Shown piece after piece: positions 36,620 through 47,186 of a stretch of DNA of 56,264 nucleotides; position 1 is the stretch's first letter, and each line of letters begins with the position of its first letter. This DNA is from an uncultured Treponema sp. GTDB lineage: Bacteria > Spirochaetota > Spirochaetia > Treponematales > Treponemataceae. The notes beneath the pieces were generated by a model that saw only the letters and a program-made list of their open reading frames with translations, searched no databases and was not told the origin of the DNA. The stretch is from the NCBI GenBank assembly GCA_946185185.1, contig CAMHIV010000001.1:1-56264 (forward strand), in the 5' to 3' direction. Made by a program: the position numbers and the translations under genes.

Positions 36620-38341
36620 ATGGAAGTTTTTCTAGGTATTTCTGCGGCTGGTGGAACGGCGGTTGGGCAGGCGTTTATTATTCCTGATACGGAAAAAAGA
36701 GTCATTTCTCAAAAGAAAATAAAGGCATCAGAGGTTGATGCCGGATGGGTTCGTTTTGAGAATGCCATAAAAATTGTTACAGACGATGTAAGTAATAAAC
36801 TTTCACTTTTGCCAAAAGAAATTAAAGCAAATGATCTTCAGCGGGAAATTCTTGAAGCTTATATTTTGATGCTGGCAGATCCGGTTTTTTTGAAAGAGCT
36901 TAAGGATTATTATCAGAAAGAACTCTATAACATCGAATATACGATTTATCTTAAGTCAGAAGAATATGCTTCCAAATTAAGAAGTGCCGGAAACGAATAT
37001 CTTGCAGAACGTGCACAGGACATTACTGATGTATTTGGAATGGTTCTGAACGAGATGCAGGGAATCCATCCCTTCGACATAAACAAGGTTCCGGAAAACA
37101 GTATTGTTCTTGCAACTACACTTACACCAACGGATATCATTATTCTTTCAAAAAAGAATTTGCTTGGTCTTGTACTTACAGAAGGCGGGCTTTCTAGTCA
37201 CGTTGTAATTCTTGCGCGCAACTATGGAATTCCAACGCTTCTTGGCGTAAACCGTGCAAGTATCCTTAAAAAAATAAGTAACGGCGAACAGATTGTAATT
37301 GATTCAGAAATCGGTGAAATCCTGGCAGAACCGGATGAAGAAACTCTATGCGAGTATCGAAAGAAGATTGAATCAGAAAAAGAAGAACTTTCGCTTTTAA
37401 ATGAATATCTTGAAAAACCTGCAGTCACAAAGGATGGTGAACAATTCAAGTTGTTTGCAAATATCGGTTCAACAGAAGAAGCTGATATTGCTGCAAAAAG
37501 CGGCGCAGACGGAATAGGTCTTTTCAGAACTGAATTCCTTTACATGAGCATGACGGATGGAACTCCTCGTGTATCGGCAAGAGCCTTTAACGAAGAAGGT
37601 CAGTTTGAAGCTTATAAACATGTTCTGGAAATAATGAAAGGTAAGCCGGTTACAATTCGTACGCTAGATGCCGGCGGAGACAAGTTGATTAATTCGGCTG
37701 ACATTCCTACTTTTACCGAAAAAAATCCATTGATGGGAATGCGGGCTGTTCGTCTTTCTCTTGCTTATCCTCAGATTTTAAAAACACAGCTTAGAGCTTT
37801 GTATCGTGCAAGCGTATACGGAAATCTTAGAATCATGCTTCCGCTTATTACTGCAACAGAGCAGGTTAAGCAGTGTCTTGAAATAGCCGAAAAGGTTCGT
37901 GAAGAATTGGAAAATGAAAATATTCCGTTTAACAAAGATGTTCCTATCGGCATAATGATAGAAACAGCGGCTGCAGCCCTCACAAGTGATTGTCTTGCAA
38001 AAGTTTCGGATTTCTTTTCTCTAGGTACGAATGACCTTACGCAGTACACGCTTGCAGTCGATCGTGAAAATTCAAATGTATCGGCGCTTTACGATGAGTT
38101 TAATCTGGCAGTTTTGCGGCTAATTGATATAACGATTTCTAACGCAAAGAAGGCAAAGATTCCTGTTTCTGTTTGTGGTGAAATGGCAAGCAGAAAAGAT
38201 AGTGTTCTTGTCTTGGGCGGAATGGGAATTCGTAATTTGAGTATGGGTGCAAAACTTATATCAAAAACAAAAAAATTGCTTTCGCAGTTTACAATTGAAG
38301 AACTGAAAGCAATTTCCTCTAAGAAATTAAATCGGTTATAA
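36620..38341 (+). CDS. ptsI: PTS enzyme I
   Basis: GGLSSHVVILAR (phospho-His), GIGLFRTEFLY, SLGTNDLTQY, VCGEMA. Confidence 0.95.
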   Translation: MEVFLGISAAGGTAVGQAFIIPDTEKRVISQKKIKASEVDAGWVRFENAIKIVTDDVSNKLSLLPKEIKANDLQREILEAYILMLADPVFLKELKDYYQKELYNIEYTIYLKSEEYASKLRSAGNEYLAERAQDITDVFGMVLNEMQGIHPFDINKVPENSIVLATTLTPTDIIILSKKNLLGLVLTEGGLSSHVVILARNYGIPTLLGVNRASILKKISNGEQIVIDSEIGEILAEPDEETLCEYRKKIESEKEELSLLNEYLEKPAVTKDGEQFKLFANIGSTEEADIAAKSGADGIGLFRTEFLYMSMTDGTPRVSARAFNEEGQFEAYKHVLEIMKGKPVTIRTLDAGGDKLINSADIPTFTEKNPLMGMRAVRLSLAYPQILKTQLRALYRASVYGNLRIMLPLITATEQVKQCLEIAEKVREELENENIPFNKDVPIGIMIETAAAALTSDCLAKVSDFFSLGTNDLTQYTLAVDRENSNVSALYDEFNLAVLRLIDITISNAKKAKIPVSVCGEMASRKDSVLVLGGMGIRNLSMGAKLISKTKKLLSQFTIEELKAISSKKLNRL

Positions 38342-38383
38342 TCAGCGGGATTTTTCGGCAAAAAAATATCGAAGGAAAGAATA

Positions 38384-39949
38384 ATGGCAAAAAAGAAAAA
38401 GGCAAAGCCGGATTTTTCTAAACCAAAGAATGTTCCAGTTCCAGCAGAAGAAAATTTGGAATCGGAAATTGCGGATATTGCATCGGCTCCAGATCAGGAC
38501 GAATCAGATTCGGATGGTGAAGTTTTTGTATCCGAAGAAGAAAGTGAAATTCCTCAGGAAGAGCGCAAATATGGAATGACAAAAAAACAGTATGCGGGTG
38601 CTCCTCTTTTAGTAATAGCAGGTCGTCCAAATGTTGGTAAGTCTACGCTTTTTAACCGCTTTATGCAGCGGCGTCTTGCTATTGTTGACCCGACACCTGG
38701 TGTTACCCGTGACCCAGTAGAAGGATTTGCGCTTTTTAATGGTAACCCGGTTCATCTTGTGGATACAGGTGGATATAAGCTTCAGCGCGATATTGGAACA
38801 ATGGAAGCAGAATTAGATGAACTTGTAGTAGAAAAATCTATTCAGATGATAGAGCGGGCAGATCTTGTTCTGCTTGTACTCGAAGCGGAAAAAATCACTC
38901 CTGAAGATGAGGAGATGATTCATCAGCTTAGAAAACACTGGAAAAAGCTTATTGCGGTTGTAAACAAAACAGAAGGCGGCCGAAATGAAAATGTTGCCTG
39001 GAACTTTGCACAGTTCGGTTTTGAAGAATTGTTGTTTATTTCCGCAGAGCACGGCGACAACATCAGTGCGCTTTACAAAAAGATTGAAGAACGTCTGGAC
39101 TTTTCGAATGTAAAACTTATTTCAGAAGAAGAGCCGATTCGTGTTGCAATCATGGGTAAACCAAATACCGGAAAATCAACTCTTTCTAACAGACTCACTC
39201 ACACAGAAGCTTCTATCGTTTGTGATTATGCAGGAACAACCCGAGACACTGTCGAAGGCTATTTTGAATTTGAAGGAAAGCATTTTCAGGTTTTGGATAC
39301 CGCCGGAATTCGCCGAAAGGCAAAGGTTCACGAAAATGTTGAATATTATTCCGTAAACCGTGCAATTAAAACTTTGGATCGATGTGACATAGTATTCCTC
39401 ATGATTGATTCACAGGAAGGACTTTCTGAGCAGGATAAAAAAATCTGTAGTCTTGCATACGAACGTGGCCGCGGAATTATTTTTGCATTGAACAAGTGGG
39501 ATTTGAATGAGGATCAGAGTAAGAAGGCTGTAAAAAATATAAAAACCTGGATGAATATTATGTTCGGCCAGATGGAATATGCGCCGATTGTTGCTCTTTC
39601 TGCATTGAAAGGAACGGGTGTAATCGAGCTTTTGCGCGAAGCTGTAGAAATCTATAATCAGCTTACTCATAAGGTCGAAACTGCTGCCTTGAATCTTGCC
39701 TTGAACGACTGGCTCTTTAAGTATCCGCCACCGGCAAGTAAGACTGCGCATTTTAAAATCCGCTACATGACGCAGAAGGGCGTAAATCCTGTGAAATTTT
39801 TGATTTTTGCAACCCGCCCGGAAGTTGTACCGGAAACATACATTACATATCTCAAAAACCGGATCCGCGAAGATTTAGGTTTTGATAAAATTCCTGTTCA
39901 GCTGGAAATGAAAGCCAGCCGCAAAAAGTGGGAAGATCGGGAACGATAA
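38384..39949 (+). CDS. der: Ribosome biogenesis GTPase Der
   Basis: Two G domains (GRPNVGKST, GKPNTGKST, DTGG/DTAG, NKTE/NKWD), KH-like C-terminus. Confidence 0.96.
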   Translation: MAKKKKAKPDFSKPKNVPVPAEENLESEIADIASAPDQDESDSDGEVFVSEEESEIPQEERKYGMTKKQYAGAPLLVIAGRPNVGKSTLFNRFMQRRLAIVDPTPGVTRDPVEGFALFNGNPVHLVDTGGYKLQRDIGTMEAELDELVVEKSIQMIERADLVLLVLEAEKITPEDEEMIHQLRKHWKKLIAVVNKTEGGRNENVAWNFAQFGFEELLFISAEHGDNISALYKKIEERLDFSNVKLISEEEPIRVAIMGKPNTGKSTLSNRLTHTEASIVCDYAGTTRDTVEGYFEFEGKHFQVLDTAGIRRKAKVHENVEYYSVNRAIKTLDRCDIVFLMIDSQEGLSEQDKKICSLAYERGRGIIFALNKWDLNEDQSKKAVKNIKTWMNIMFGQMEYAPIVALSALKGTGVIELLREAVEIYNQLTHKVETAALNLALNDWLFKYPPPASKTAHFKIRYMTQKGVNPVKFLIFATRPEVVPETYITYLKNRIREDLGFDKIPVQLEMKASRKKWEDRER

Positions 39950-40270
39950 ATGCAGTATTCAATCGGCGAAGTTGAAGAACTAACAGGTGTAAAGGCTCAT
40001 GTTCTGCGATACTGGGAAGAAGTAATTCCAGGTATTTCGCCGATGAAGGATATTGGCGGGCGCCGAGCGTATACGCAGCGTGAACTGGAAGTGATAATGC
40101 GCCTGAAGCATTTGATTATCGAACGCAAGTTCACGATTGAAGGGGCTCGGGATCAGATTATTGCAGAAGTTGATGCTGTAAATGAGAACGCAAATTTGAT
40201 AAAGCAACTTCACGATATGAGAGCCGAACTGACTGATTTATATTTTTATGCAAAGAAACATAACCTCTAA
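39950..40270 (+). CDS. MerR family regulator
   Basis: YSIGEVEELTGVKAHVLRYWE, GRRAY. Confidence 0.9.
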   Translation: MQYSIGEVEELTGVKAHVLRYWEEVIPGISPMKDIGGRRAYTQRELEVIMRLKHLIIERKFTIEGARDQIIAEVDAVNENANLIKQLHDMRAELTDLYFYAKKHNL

Positions 40271-40279
40271 GGTTACAAA

Positions 40280-41656
40280 ATGAACGAAGAAAAATTTTAT
40301 TCACGATTTACAGAAAAAAAATCCTCTAAGGCCGAGGCAAAAAATAAACGCCGGGAATTTAACAAGGAACGGGATAAGTATTTTGACGAAAAACGGCGCG
40401 GTCTTGATAAGAAAAAAAAGATAGATTTTGACGGCCAGAAAAAAGTGCCGGTTGATGCAAAAATATTATCTTCTTTCAATTTTCTTGATGATTCAAAATT
40501 ACCGGCAGACGCTGTAAAAGTTCTTGAAGGCTTTGATGCGATTGTTCACTCTGTTCGCCCTATGAACAGCAGACAGCTTTCTGCATTGCCAAAGGATATA
40601 CGTGCACTTTCGCATCTTTTGACTGATGAGCGGGAAGAACGCCATGTACGCTATATGAATGCCACAGAACAGCTTTCTGCTTATCTTAATTATTTTACCT
40701 GGTGGAATCTTGTTCGGCTTACAAGAGTTTTTGCAAACCTTAAAAACGATGCCTTTGAATTGAATGACGGAGATGTTGTTCTTGATATTGGTTCTGGCCC
40801 GCTAACTGCAGTAATAGCTCTCTGGCTTTCCCGCCCTGAACTCCGTGAAAAAAAACTTACTGTTTATTGCGTTGATATTTCTCAGAGTACGATGGCGGTT
40901 GGCGAAGAGATTTATATGTCTGTTGCCGCAAAAGCTCGTCCAAAGTCTGAAAATGCAGAAGGCTTTTGGAAAATTATTCGAGTGAAGGGCGAAATCGGTA
41001 CAGAAATCCGCAAAAAGGCAAACTTCATAATCACCGCAAATATGTTCAACGAGCTTTATCAGAAAGATAAAGAAGTACCTGAAAAAATTGCTGACAGACA
41101 GATTGCTAATCTTTTGCGTTATGCCGCCGACAAGTGTTCTGTTTTTATTGCAGAACCTGGTATGCCGGTTGCGGGACGATTTATCAGTCTTATGCGTGAA
41201 CGTTTTTTAAGCAGGAATTTTTCGATTATGGCACCGTGTCCGCATCAAAAGGAATGTGCAATGAACGGACTTCATGCTCGTTACGGTGGCAGTGCAAAGT
41301 GGTGTAATTTTTCGTTTTCCACAGAAAATGCACCTGCCAAACTGTTGAAGCTTTCAGAATCTGCGGGGCTTCCAAAGGAAAGGGCTGTAATTAGTTTTGT
41401 TTGTGCAAAAAAACTTTCAGCTTCGGAAAAAAATGAAAAATCATCTGACTCGAAGGTTACTATAGTTTCTGATCCGATTTATTTACCTGGAAACCGGCAG
41501 GGCTTTTATTCATGTTCTGAAAATGGAATGCTTCTGGTTTTGAATCCGTATGGAAAGGATTTAAAATCAGGAGACACCCTTTCGCTCAGTCTTTTTACCG
41601 AGTTTTCAAAACTGGAAAAAGACCATAAATCGGGTGCCCCTGAACTTAAGATTTAG
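40280..41656 (+). CDS. Rsm22-like SAM-dependent methyltransferase
   Basis: VLDIGSGPLT, EPG, APCPH..ECAM, WCNFS. Confidence 0.75.
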   Translation: MNEEKFYSRFTEKKSSKAEAKNKRREFNKERDKYFDEKRRGLDKKKKIDFDGQKKVPVDAKILSSFNFLDDSKLPADAVKVLEGFDAIVHSVRPMNSRQLSALPKDIRALSHLLTDEREERHVRYMNATEQLSAYLNYFTWWNLVRLTRVFANLKNDAFELNDGDVVLDIGSGPLTAVIALWLSRPELREKKLTVYCVDISQSTMAVGEEIYMSVAAKARPKSENAEGFWKIIRVKGEIGTEIRKKANFIITANMFNELYQKDKEVPEKIADRQIANLLRYAADKCSVFIAEPGMPVAGRFISLMRERFLSRNFSIMAPCPHQKECAMNGLHARYGGSAKWCNFSFSTENAPAKLLKLSESAGLPKERAVISFVCAKKLSASEKNEKSSDSKVTIVSDPIYLPGNRQGFYSCSENGMLLVLNPYGKDLKSGDTLSLSLFTEFSKLEKDHKSGAPELKI

Positions 41657-41673
41657 ATTTATATTTCTAAAAA

Positions 41674-43602
41674 CTATTCGCTTTTGAATATTTCTTCGAT
41701 TTCTTTCTTGTAGATTTCTGAAAGACGGTATCGCATGATTTCCTGTTTTGCAGAAAGTTCTACACCAACTTCGAAAGGTTTTGTAATCAAAGCAAATTTA
41801 TTGATTCGCTCGAACATTTTGAAGCCGGTTCTTGGATTAATGAGAGTTGTAATTTCGGAATCATATAACTTCTGGATTTCGTCCGATGCAAGCAAAGATT
41901 CGTAACTTTCGTACTGAATACCGTTTTCTGAAGCGTAGGATTTAATTTCTTCTTCATCAGCAAGAATAAGTGCACCAAGATAGCGCTGATCCTGACCTAC
42001 AACAACTGCAGATTTGATGAAGCGTGATTCAGCAAGTTTTGATTCAATCGGTACAGGTTCAACATTTTCGCCACCGAGTAATACGATTGTATCCTTTTTG
42101 CGACCCTTGATAACGATTTCGTCGTGGATAGAAAGAAGACCTAAATCTCCTGTGTCGAACCAGCCGTCTACAGTCATTACTTTTGCAGTTAAATCCGGGC
42201 GTTTGTAATAACCCTTCATTACTGTTCCACCCTTAATCTGAATGGCGCCAAATTGACCGCGTTTTAATACATAGCCGTCTTCCGGGTCTACGATTCGGCA
42301 TTTTACGCCGCGGATTGGTGAACCAACGTTACCGAATACTGGAGAAGCAATCGGGCGAACTGAAATAATAGGTGCTGTTTCTGTAAGTCCGTAACCTTCA
42401 ACGATTTCAATACCGATGGCCCAGAAAAATTCGTCGAGATAGCGTGGATATGCACCGCCGCCTGCAACACCTGCGCGGAAATTTGTTCCAAGCATTGCGC
42501 GGATTTTTTTGAATACGATGATATTTCCCAAAAGTTTTAGCGGCCACAGCAATGCCCATGGAATAAGGAATGCAATCCACCAGGCTGCGGTGTAATATCT
42601 TGTAAAACTTACATCCTGATTGAACATTTTTCGGTGCATTCGGGAGTGAATAATTGCAACCTTTACAAAGAATGTGAACAGAGCGTATACGATTCCGCCT
42701 GTTTTGCGCATTTTTCTCTGGATTCCGTCGTAAACAGCTTCGAATACGCGTGGAACGGCAGGAAGTAATGCTGGATTAACTTTCTGTATATCTGCAAGAA
42801 GAATGCTTCCGATTGGTTTTGAATAACAAAGGGTTGCTGCCTGAATCAAAATTACATATTCAACTTCGCGTTCAAAAACATGCCATACAGGAAGAACAAG
42901 AACTGCTGTATCGCCCGGGTTGAGCATGATTCGTTCCGGAATTTCATCAAGCTGAGTAAGGAAGTTTCCGTGTGTAAGCTGAACGCCTTTTGGAGTTCCT
43001 GTTGTACCAGAAGTAAAAATGATACATGCAAGGTCATCCCATGAACCTTTTTCGAGTTCTTCTTCAACCACATTTTTATTTTCGATTCTGAACTGGCGGC
43101 CAAGCTTCATGAGGTCATCGAAAGTGTAAAGCACGATGTTGCTGTTCTTTGCTTCTTCCTGAACTTCTGGTGTAACTGGATCAAAAGAAATCAATGTAGT
43201 GATTGCAGGAAGCTTCGATTTTATTGAAAGTATTTTCTTTACTTGAGAAGAGTTTTCTGCAATTACAACTTTGCATTCTGTTATTGAAAGGATTGCTTCA
43301 AGGTCATTTGTTGTAGCATCACAGCCACGAGGAACGTCTACAGCACCAATTGCCATAATTCCCATATCAGCCTGAAGCCATTCTTTTCTGTTGTCTGCAA
43401 TAAGACCGACAGGTTCGCCTCGTTTTACATTTATGCTCAAAAGTGCTGCACCAAAATTTAATGACAGGTCATAAAGTTCCCGGTAAGTAACAGGTTTAAA
43501 TTCTCCCTTTTTGTTTTTGCCCAACTGTGCAGTAACTTCAGAATGTTCCGAAGCAACTTTTCGTAACATCTTTGGTACGGTCTGTTCCATAAAAAACTCC
43601 AT
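41674..43602 (-). CDS. Long-chain fatty acid-CoA ligase
   Basis: IFTSGTTGTPKG, EGYGLTET, WFDTGDLG, GRKKDTIV. Confidence 0.92.
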   Translation of the reverse strand: MEFFMEQTVPKMLRKVASEHSEVTAQLGKNKKGEFKPVTYRELYDLSLNFGAALLSINVKRGEPVGLIADNRKEWLQADMGIMAIGAVDVPRGCDATTNDLEAILSITECKVVIAENSSQVKKILSIKSKLPAITTLISFDPVTPEVQEEAKNSNIVLYTFDDLMKLGRQFRIENKNVVEEELEKGSWDDLACIIFTSGTTGTPKGVQLTHGNFLTQLDEIPERIMLNPGDTAVLVLPVWHVFEREVEYVILIQAATLCYSKPIGSILLADIQKVNPALLPAVPRVFEAVYDGIQRKMRKTGGIVYALFTFFVKVAIIHSRMHRKMFNQDVSFTRYYTAAWWIAFLIPWALLWPLKLLGNIIVFKKIRAMLGTNFRAGVAGGGAYPRYLDEFFWAIGIEIVEGYGLTETAPIISVRPIASPVFGNVGSPIRGVKCRIVDPEDGYVLKRGQFGAIQIKGGTVMKGYYKRPDLTAKVMTVDGWFDTGDLGLLSIHDEIVIKGRKKDTIVLLGGENVEPVPIESKLAESRFIKSAVVVGQDQRYLGALILADEEEIKSYASENGIQYESYESLLASDEIQKLYDSEITTLINPRTGFKMFERINKFALITKPFEVGVELSAKQEIMRYRLSEIYKKEIEEIFKSE

Positions 43603-43690
43603 TGTTTATAGGCAAAAATTATATTGGTAAACCATTCTAAAAGCAAGGTTTTAGAATGACACAAAACCTTGGATGTTATATATTTTGGGT

Positions 43691-44095
43691 ATGACAGTAA
43701 TTGAGAAATTCAGATCTGATGTTGAACGTTCGATAAAATTTAATCGTTCTGAAAATAATGGACGATATGATGCAGCAAAAGCCTGCGATTATATTCAGAA
43801 TCTTTTTATCCGTAATTGTGTGATTTCTAGCAGTATTGCGCGGTCAATTATTTTTTACTGGCGCGACGAATATATTGATCATTCGGAAAATTTTGCAAAT
43901 GAACCTAAATCAGAAAATATCGATAAATTGTGCGCATTCCTTTCTTTTTTGAATGGAGCGGACGAAGGCGAAGAAGTTCTTTCTGATGAAGATTTACAGG
44001 AATTGAACGAAGCGATTAACGACGAAGCAGAAACTATGCCGTTGGAACAGCTTCAGTCGTTGATGGGTAAACTGGTGGAACGCGGTGCTCTGTAA
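43691..44095 (+). CDS. Hypothetical acidic protein
   Basis: ORF overlapping the radical SAM gene; ATGACA-17-TATATT ends 6 nt before ATG 43691. Confidence 0.6.
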   Translation: MTVIEKFRSDVERSIKFNRSENNGRYDAAKACDYIQNLFIRNCVISSSIARSIIFYWRDEYIDHSENFANEPKSENIDKLCAFLSFLNGADEGEEVLSDEDLQELNEAINDEAETMPLEQLQSLMGKLVERGAL

Positions 44096-45131
44096 TAATT
44101 TGTATGAATCCTGCAATCAGTGTGCCCGTAATTGTGGTGCTGACCGCTTGCATGGAAAGTGCGGTGTCTGTGGGGAAACTGACGAAGTCAGGGTTGCAGT
44201 TGCATGTCTTCACTTTGGGGAAGAACCTCTGATTACCGTGCATGGCGGAAGCGGAACAATTTTTATCACCGGCTGTACATTGAAATGTGCCTTCTGTCAG
44301 AATTATCAGATTTCGCAGGATGGTATGGGACGGGCTGTTTCCTGCGAAGAATTTGTGGAAATATGTCTGCGCCTTCAAGGCTCTGGAGCAGAAAATATAA
44401 ACATAGTTACAGGAAGTCACGCTATCCCTCGGCTTAGCGAATACATTGCAGCTGCGCAGAAGGCTGGATGTTCGATTCCGTTCTGCTGGAATTCTTCCGC
44501 CTTTGAAAGTGTGGAAATGCTTGAGCTTTTAAAACCGTATGTAAAAATCTGGCTTCCTGATTTAAAAACACTGAACACAGAACTTTCCGCTTCCCTGTTT
44601 TCGGCAAAGGAATATCCGGGCGCAGCTACAAAGGCAATCCGATGGATGCTGGATAATTTTTCGTTGAATATCGAAGAAGTTCCTGCAGAAAAAGATTATG
44701 TTGATTCAAATGGCGAAAACTGGAAAAAGGGTGAAATTAAAGAAAAAATGACAGAAGGGGTGATTATCCGTCATCTTTTTATGCCGGGAAAATTTTCAGA
44801 AACTGCAGACGTTTTGGAATGGCTCAAGCAAAATGCCGACGGAAAAGCCTGCCTTTCGCTTATGAATCAGTATACTCCAGTACCTTTTTCTGAAGATGAA
44901 CAGAAGCTTTTGCGGCGGAAAAAAGCCTTATCCGTTATAGAAAACCGACTCGTTAATAGTGAGGAAGACAGCGATTTGCAGGATTTGATAGAGGCCTATG
45001 ATTTTGACTGGCTTTTTTATCAGGAACTCAGCGATGATACCAGTTGGCTTCCGGATTTTAATAGGCTTCAACCTTTTAGCAATAAGCTTGCAAAACCTGT
45101 ATGGCATTGGGCAAAGGGCTTTATCGAATGA
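44085..45131 (+). CDS. Radical SAM protein, PflX-like
   Basis: CNQCARNC..DR....G.C, HFGEEP, CTLKCAFCQN (CxxxCxxC), IIRHL.MPG. Confidence 0.88.
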   Translation: MLCNNLYESCNQCARNCGADRLHGKCGVCGETDEVRVAVACLHFGEEPLITVHGGSGTIFITGCTLKCAFCQNYQISQDGMGRAVSCEEFVEICLRLQGSGAENINIVTGSHAIPRLSEYIAAAQKAGCSIPFCWNSSAFESVEMLELLKPYVKIWLPDLKTLNTELSASLFSAKEYPGAATKAIRWMLDNFSLNIEEVPAEKDYVDSNGENWKKGEIKEKMTEGVIIRHLFMPGKFSETADVLEWLKQNADGKACLSLMNQYTPVPFSEDEQKLLRRKKALSVIENRLVNSEEDSDLQDLIEAYDFDWLFYQELSDDTSWLPDFNRLQPFSNKLAKPVWHWAKGFIE

Positions 45132-45132
45132 T

Positions 45133-46008
45133 TTACCGGGATTTTTTTACCCGATGCGGCGTGATACCCCATTTCTTTCGGTAACATTTTATAAAGTATG
45201 AAAGGCTTTCAAAGCCGCATGCCGCAGAAACCTGGGAAACGTTCATATCTGTATTTCGCAATAGTTCCTGGGCCTTTTCCAGCCGGAATTCGTTGAGATA
45301 AGAGTTGAATGTAAAACCGAAAGTGTTCTTGAACGATTTCATAAAAAAACTTTCCGAATAATTACAGATTTCGGCGGCCTTTTTTATGGAAATTGCATCA
45401 TGAAAATTAGCGTTCATAAATGAAAGAAGAGGTTTAAATCTTGATGAAGAATCTGTTTTTTTTGCCCCCGTTTGATTTTTCTTTGACATTTCATAAATCT
45501 GTTCAAAAATTATAAACATTCTGGCTTTTATAAAAATCATGTTGTCTTGATGGGGAATAGTCCATTTTTCTGTAAGTCGTTCAATTTGAGGACGGATGAT
45601 TTTGCTTTCCGGCGTATCTGGAGTAAAAAAAACTGGCGGGCGCAGTTCCCCGTCTTCGATGGGCTGACAATATTTTTTGTAAAAAAGAGATTCCTGGTCG
45701 GATTCAAAAAGTGATGGTCTGAAAAGAATGTTGAAGTAGACCATTTTTTCATTGTCTTTCTGGCTTATTCCATGAATTGTGTCCGGCGGAATTAAGATTA
45801 TATCGCCGTAACGACAATCGTAACTTTTTGTATCAACAAAAACAGTTCCATAACCAGAATTTATATAAATTATTTCGAACTCCCTGTGCCAGTGAAGTGG
45901 AAAGCTTTTAAAAGTTTCGGGGATAATTCCTACATAGACTGTGTAGGGAAAATCCAGACGTCCGTGTTGTTTTGTCTCTTTAAATGCAGTTTGCAGGTTG
46001 TATTTCAT
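45133..46008 (-). CDS. AraC family regulator with cupin domain
   Basis: FPLHWHREFE, CGFESLSYFIKCYRKKWGITP; paralogue of 12518-13390. Confidence 0.9.
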   Translation of the reverse strand: MKYNLQTAFKETKQHGRLDFPYTVYVGIIPETFKSFPLHWHREFEIIYINSGYGTVFVDTKSYDCRYGDIILIPPDTIHGISQKDNEKMVYFNILFRPSLFESDQESLFYKKYCQPIEDGELRPPVFFTPDTPESKIIRPQIERLTEKWTIPHQDNMIFIKARMFIIFEQIYEMSKKNQTGAKKTDSSSRFKPLLSFMNANFHDAISIKKAAEICNYSESFFMKSFKNTFGFTFNSYLNEFRLEKAQELLRNTDMNVSQVSAACGFESLSYFIKCYRKKWGITPHRVKKSR

Positions 46009-46121
46009 GTAAAAACCTCAAAATTAAGGTAATTATAATCTAAATAAGATAGTTTTGTTATACTTTTAAGCAGTTTTAAGCAAGAATTTGTAAAAAAACT
46101 ATATTATTTTATTATCTGTAA

Positions 46122-46250
46122 GTACGGTATTAGTAAATCTTTAAGCAGAGTTAATAGCGCGAACACTCTGCGGTGGTAGCACCTGCCAAACAGTTCTCTC
46201 TCTCCGATCAATTCAGACTGTTTGGCAGCGTGTATACTGCTACCTTTTTT
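46122..46250 (+). ncRNA. Candidate small RNA with CU-rich loop and intrinsic terminator
   Basis: TTGTAA-16-TATTAT upstream; hairpins GCAGAGT/ACTCTGC and GGTAGCA..CTGCCAAACAGT/ACTGTTTGGCAG..TGCTACC followed by T6. Confidence 0.55.
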
Positions 46251-46310
46251 AATCTTGTTTTCTGATAAAAAAAATTCCCAAAATTTTGATTTCAGGCTTA
46301 CAATAGGACT

Positions 46311-47153
46311 ATGAATGTTGTGAGCCAAAAAAAAGTTATACTTGTTACAGGTGCCTCTTCTGGAATAGGACTTGATACCGCAATCCGCCTTTTGAAAAAA
46401 GGATGTGTTGTTTACGGGGGTGCCCGACGAACAGAGCTTCTTTCCAAACTGAAAGAATTTGGAGGCCACGCATTATTCTTAGATTTGAATGATGATGCTT
46501 CGATTGAAAATTGTGTTCAGAGTGTAATAAAGAATGAAGGAAAAATTGATATTCTCATAAACAATGCCGGTTATGGTCTTGGCGGTGCAATTGAAACGGT
46601 TTCGATTAAGGATGCAAAAGAGCAGTTTCAGGTGAATGTGTTCGGGCTTGCCCGCCTTTGTCAGCTTGTTATTCCGTATATGCGGGAACAGCATAGTGGC
46701 CGCATAATAAATATTTCTTCGATTGCGGGGCTTTTTTCAAGTCCATATCTCGGCTGGTATCATGCTTCAAAATATAGCGTAGAGGCTTTGAGCGATGCTC
46801 TACGGCTGGAAGTGGCTCAATTTGGAATTAAAGTGTCGATTATTGAACCAGGACTCACAGGAACGAACTGGGGAGTAATTGCCGCAAAAGGAATCCGGAA
46901 AAATTCGGAAAAAACTTTTTATGAACTTTCAGGGGGCAAGGTTGCTCATTTTTACGAGCACTTCTATGAAAACGGAAATAATATTACAAAGGCGAGCTCG
47001 ATTTCAAAAAAAATAGAACATGCCTGTTTTGCGTCGCATCCGAAACTCAGATATCCTGTTGGTAAATTCTCAAAAATGTTTGTTTTGTTCAGCAGAATTT
47101 TTAATGATGTAACTTTGGATTTTTTCAAAAGGCTTATTTTCAGAATCAGGTAA
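46311..47153 (+). CDS. Short-chain dehydrogenase/reductase
   Basis: TGASSGIG, NNAG, YHASK. Confidence 0.93.
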   Translation: MNVVSQKKVILVTGASSGIGLDTAIRLLKKGCVVYGGARRTELLSKLKEFGGHALFLDLNDDASIENCVQSVIKNEGKIDILINNAGYGLGGAIETVSIKDAKEQFQVNVFGLARLCQLVIPYMREQHSGRIINISSIAGLFSSPYLGWYHASKYSVEALSDALRLEVAQFGIKVSIIEPGLTGTNWGVIAAKGIRKNSEKTFYELSGGKVAHFYEHFYENGNNITKASSISKKIEHACFASHPKLRYPVGKFSKMFVLFSRIFNDVTLDFFKRLIFRIR

Positions 47154-47186
47154 CTGCTTTCTGAAGTATAGAGAGGCATAAAGGAA

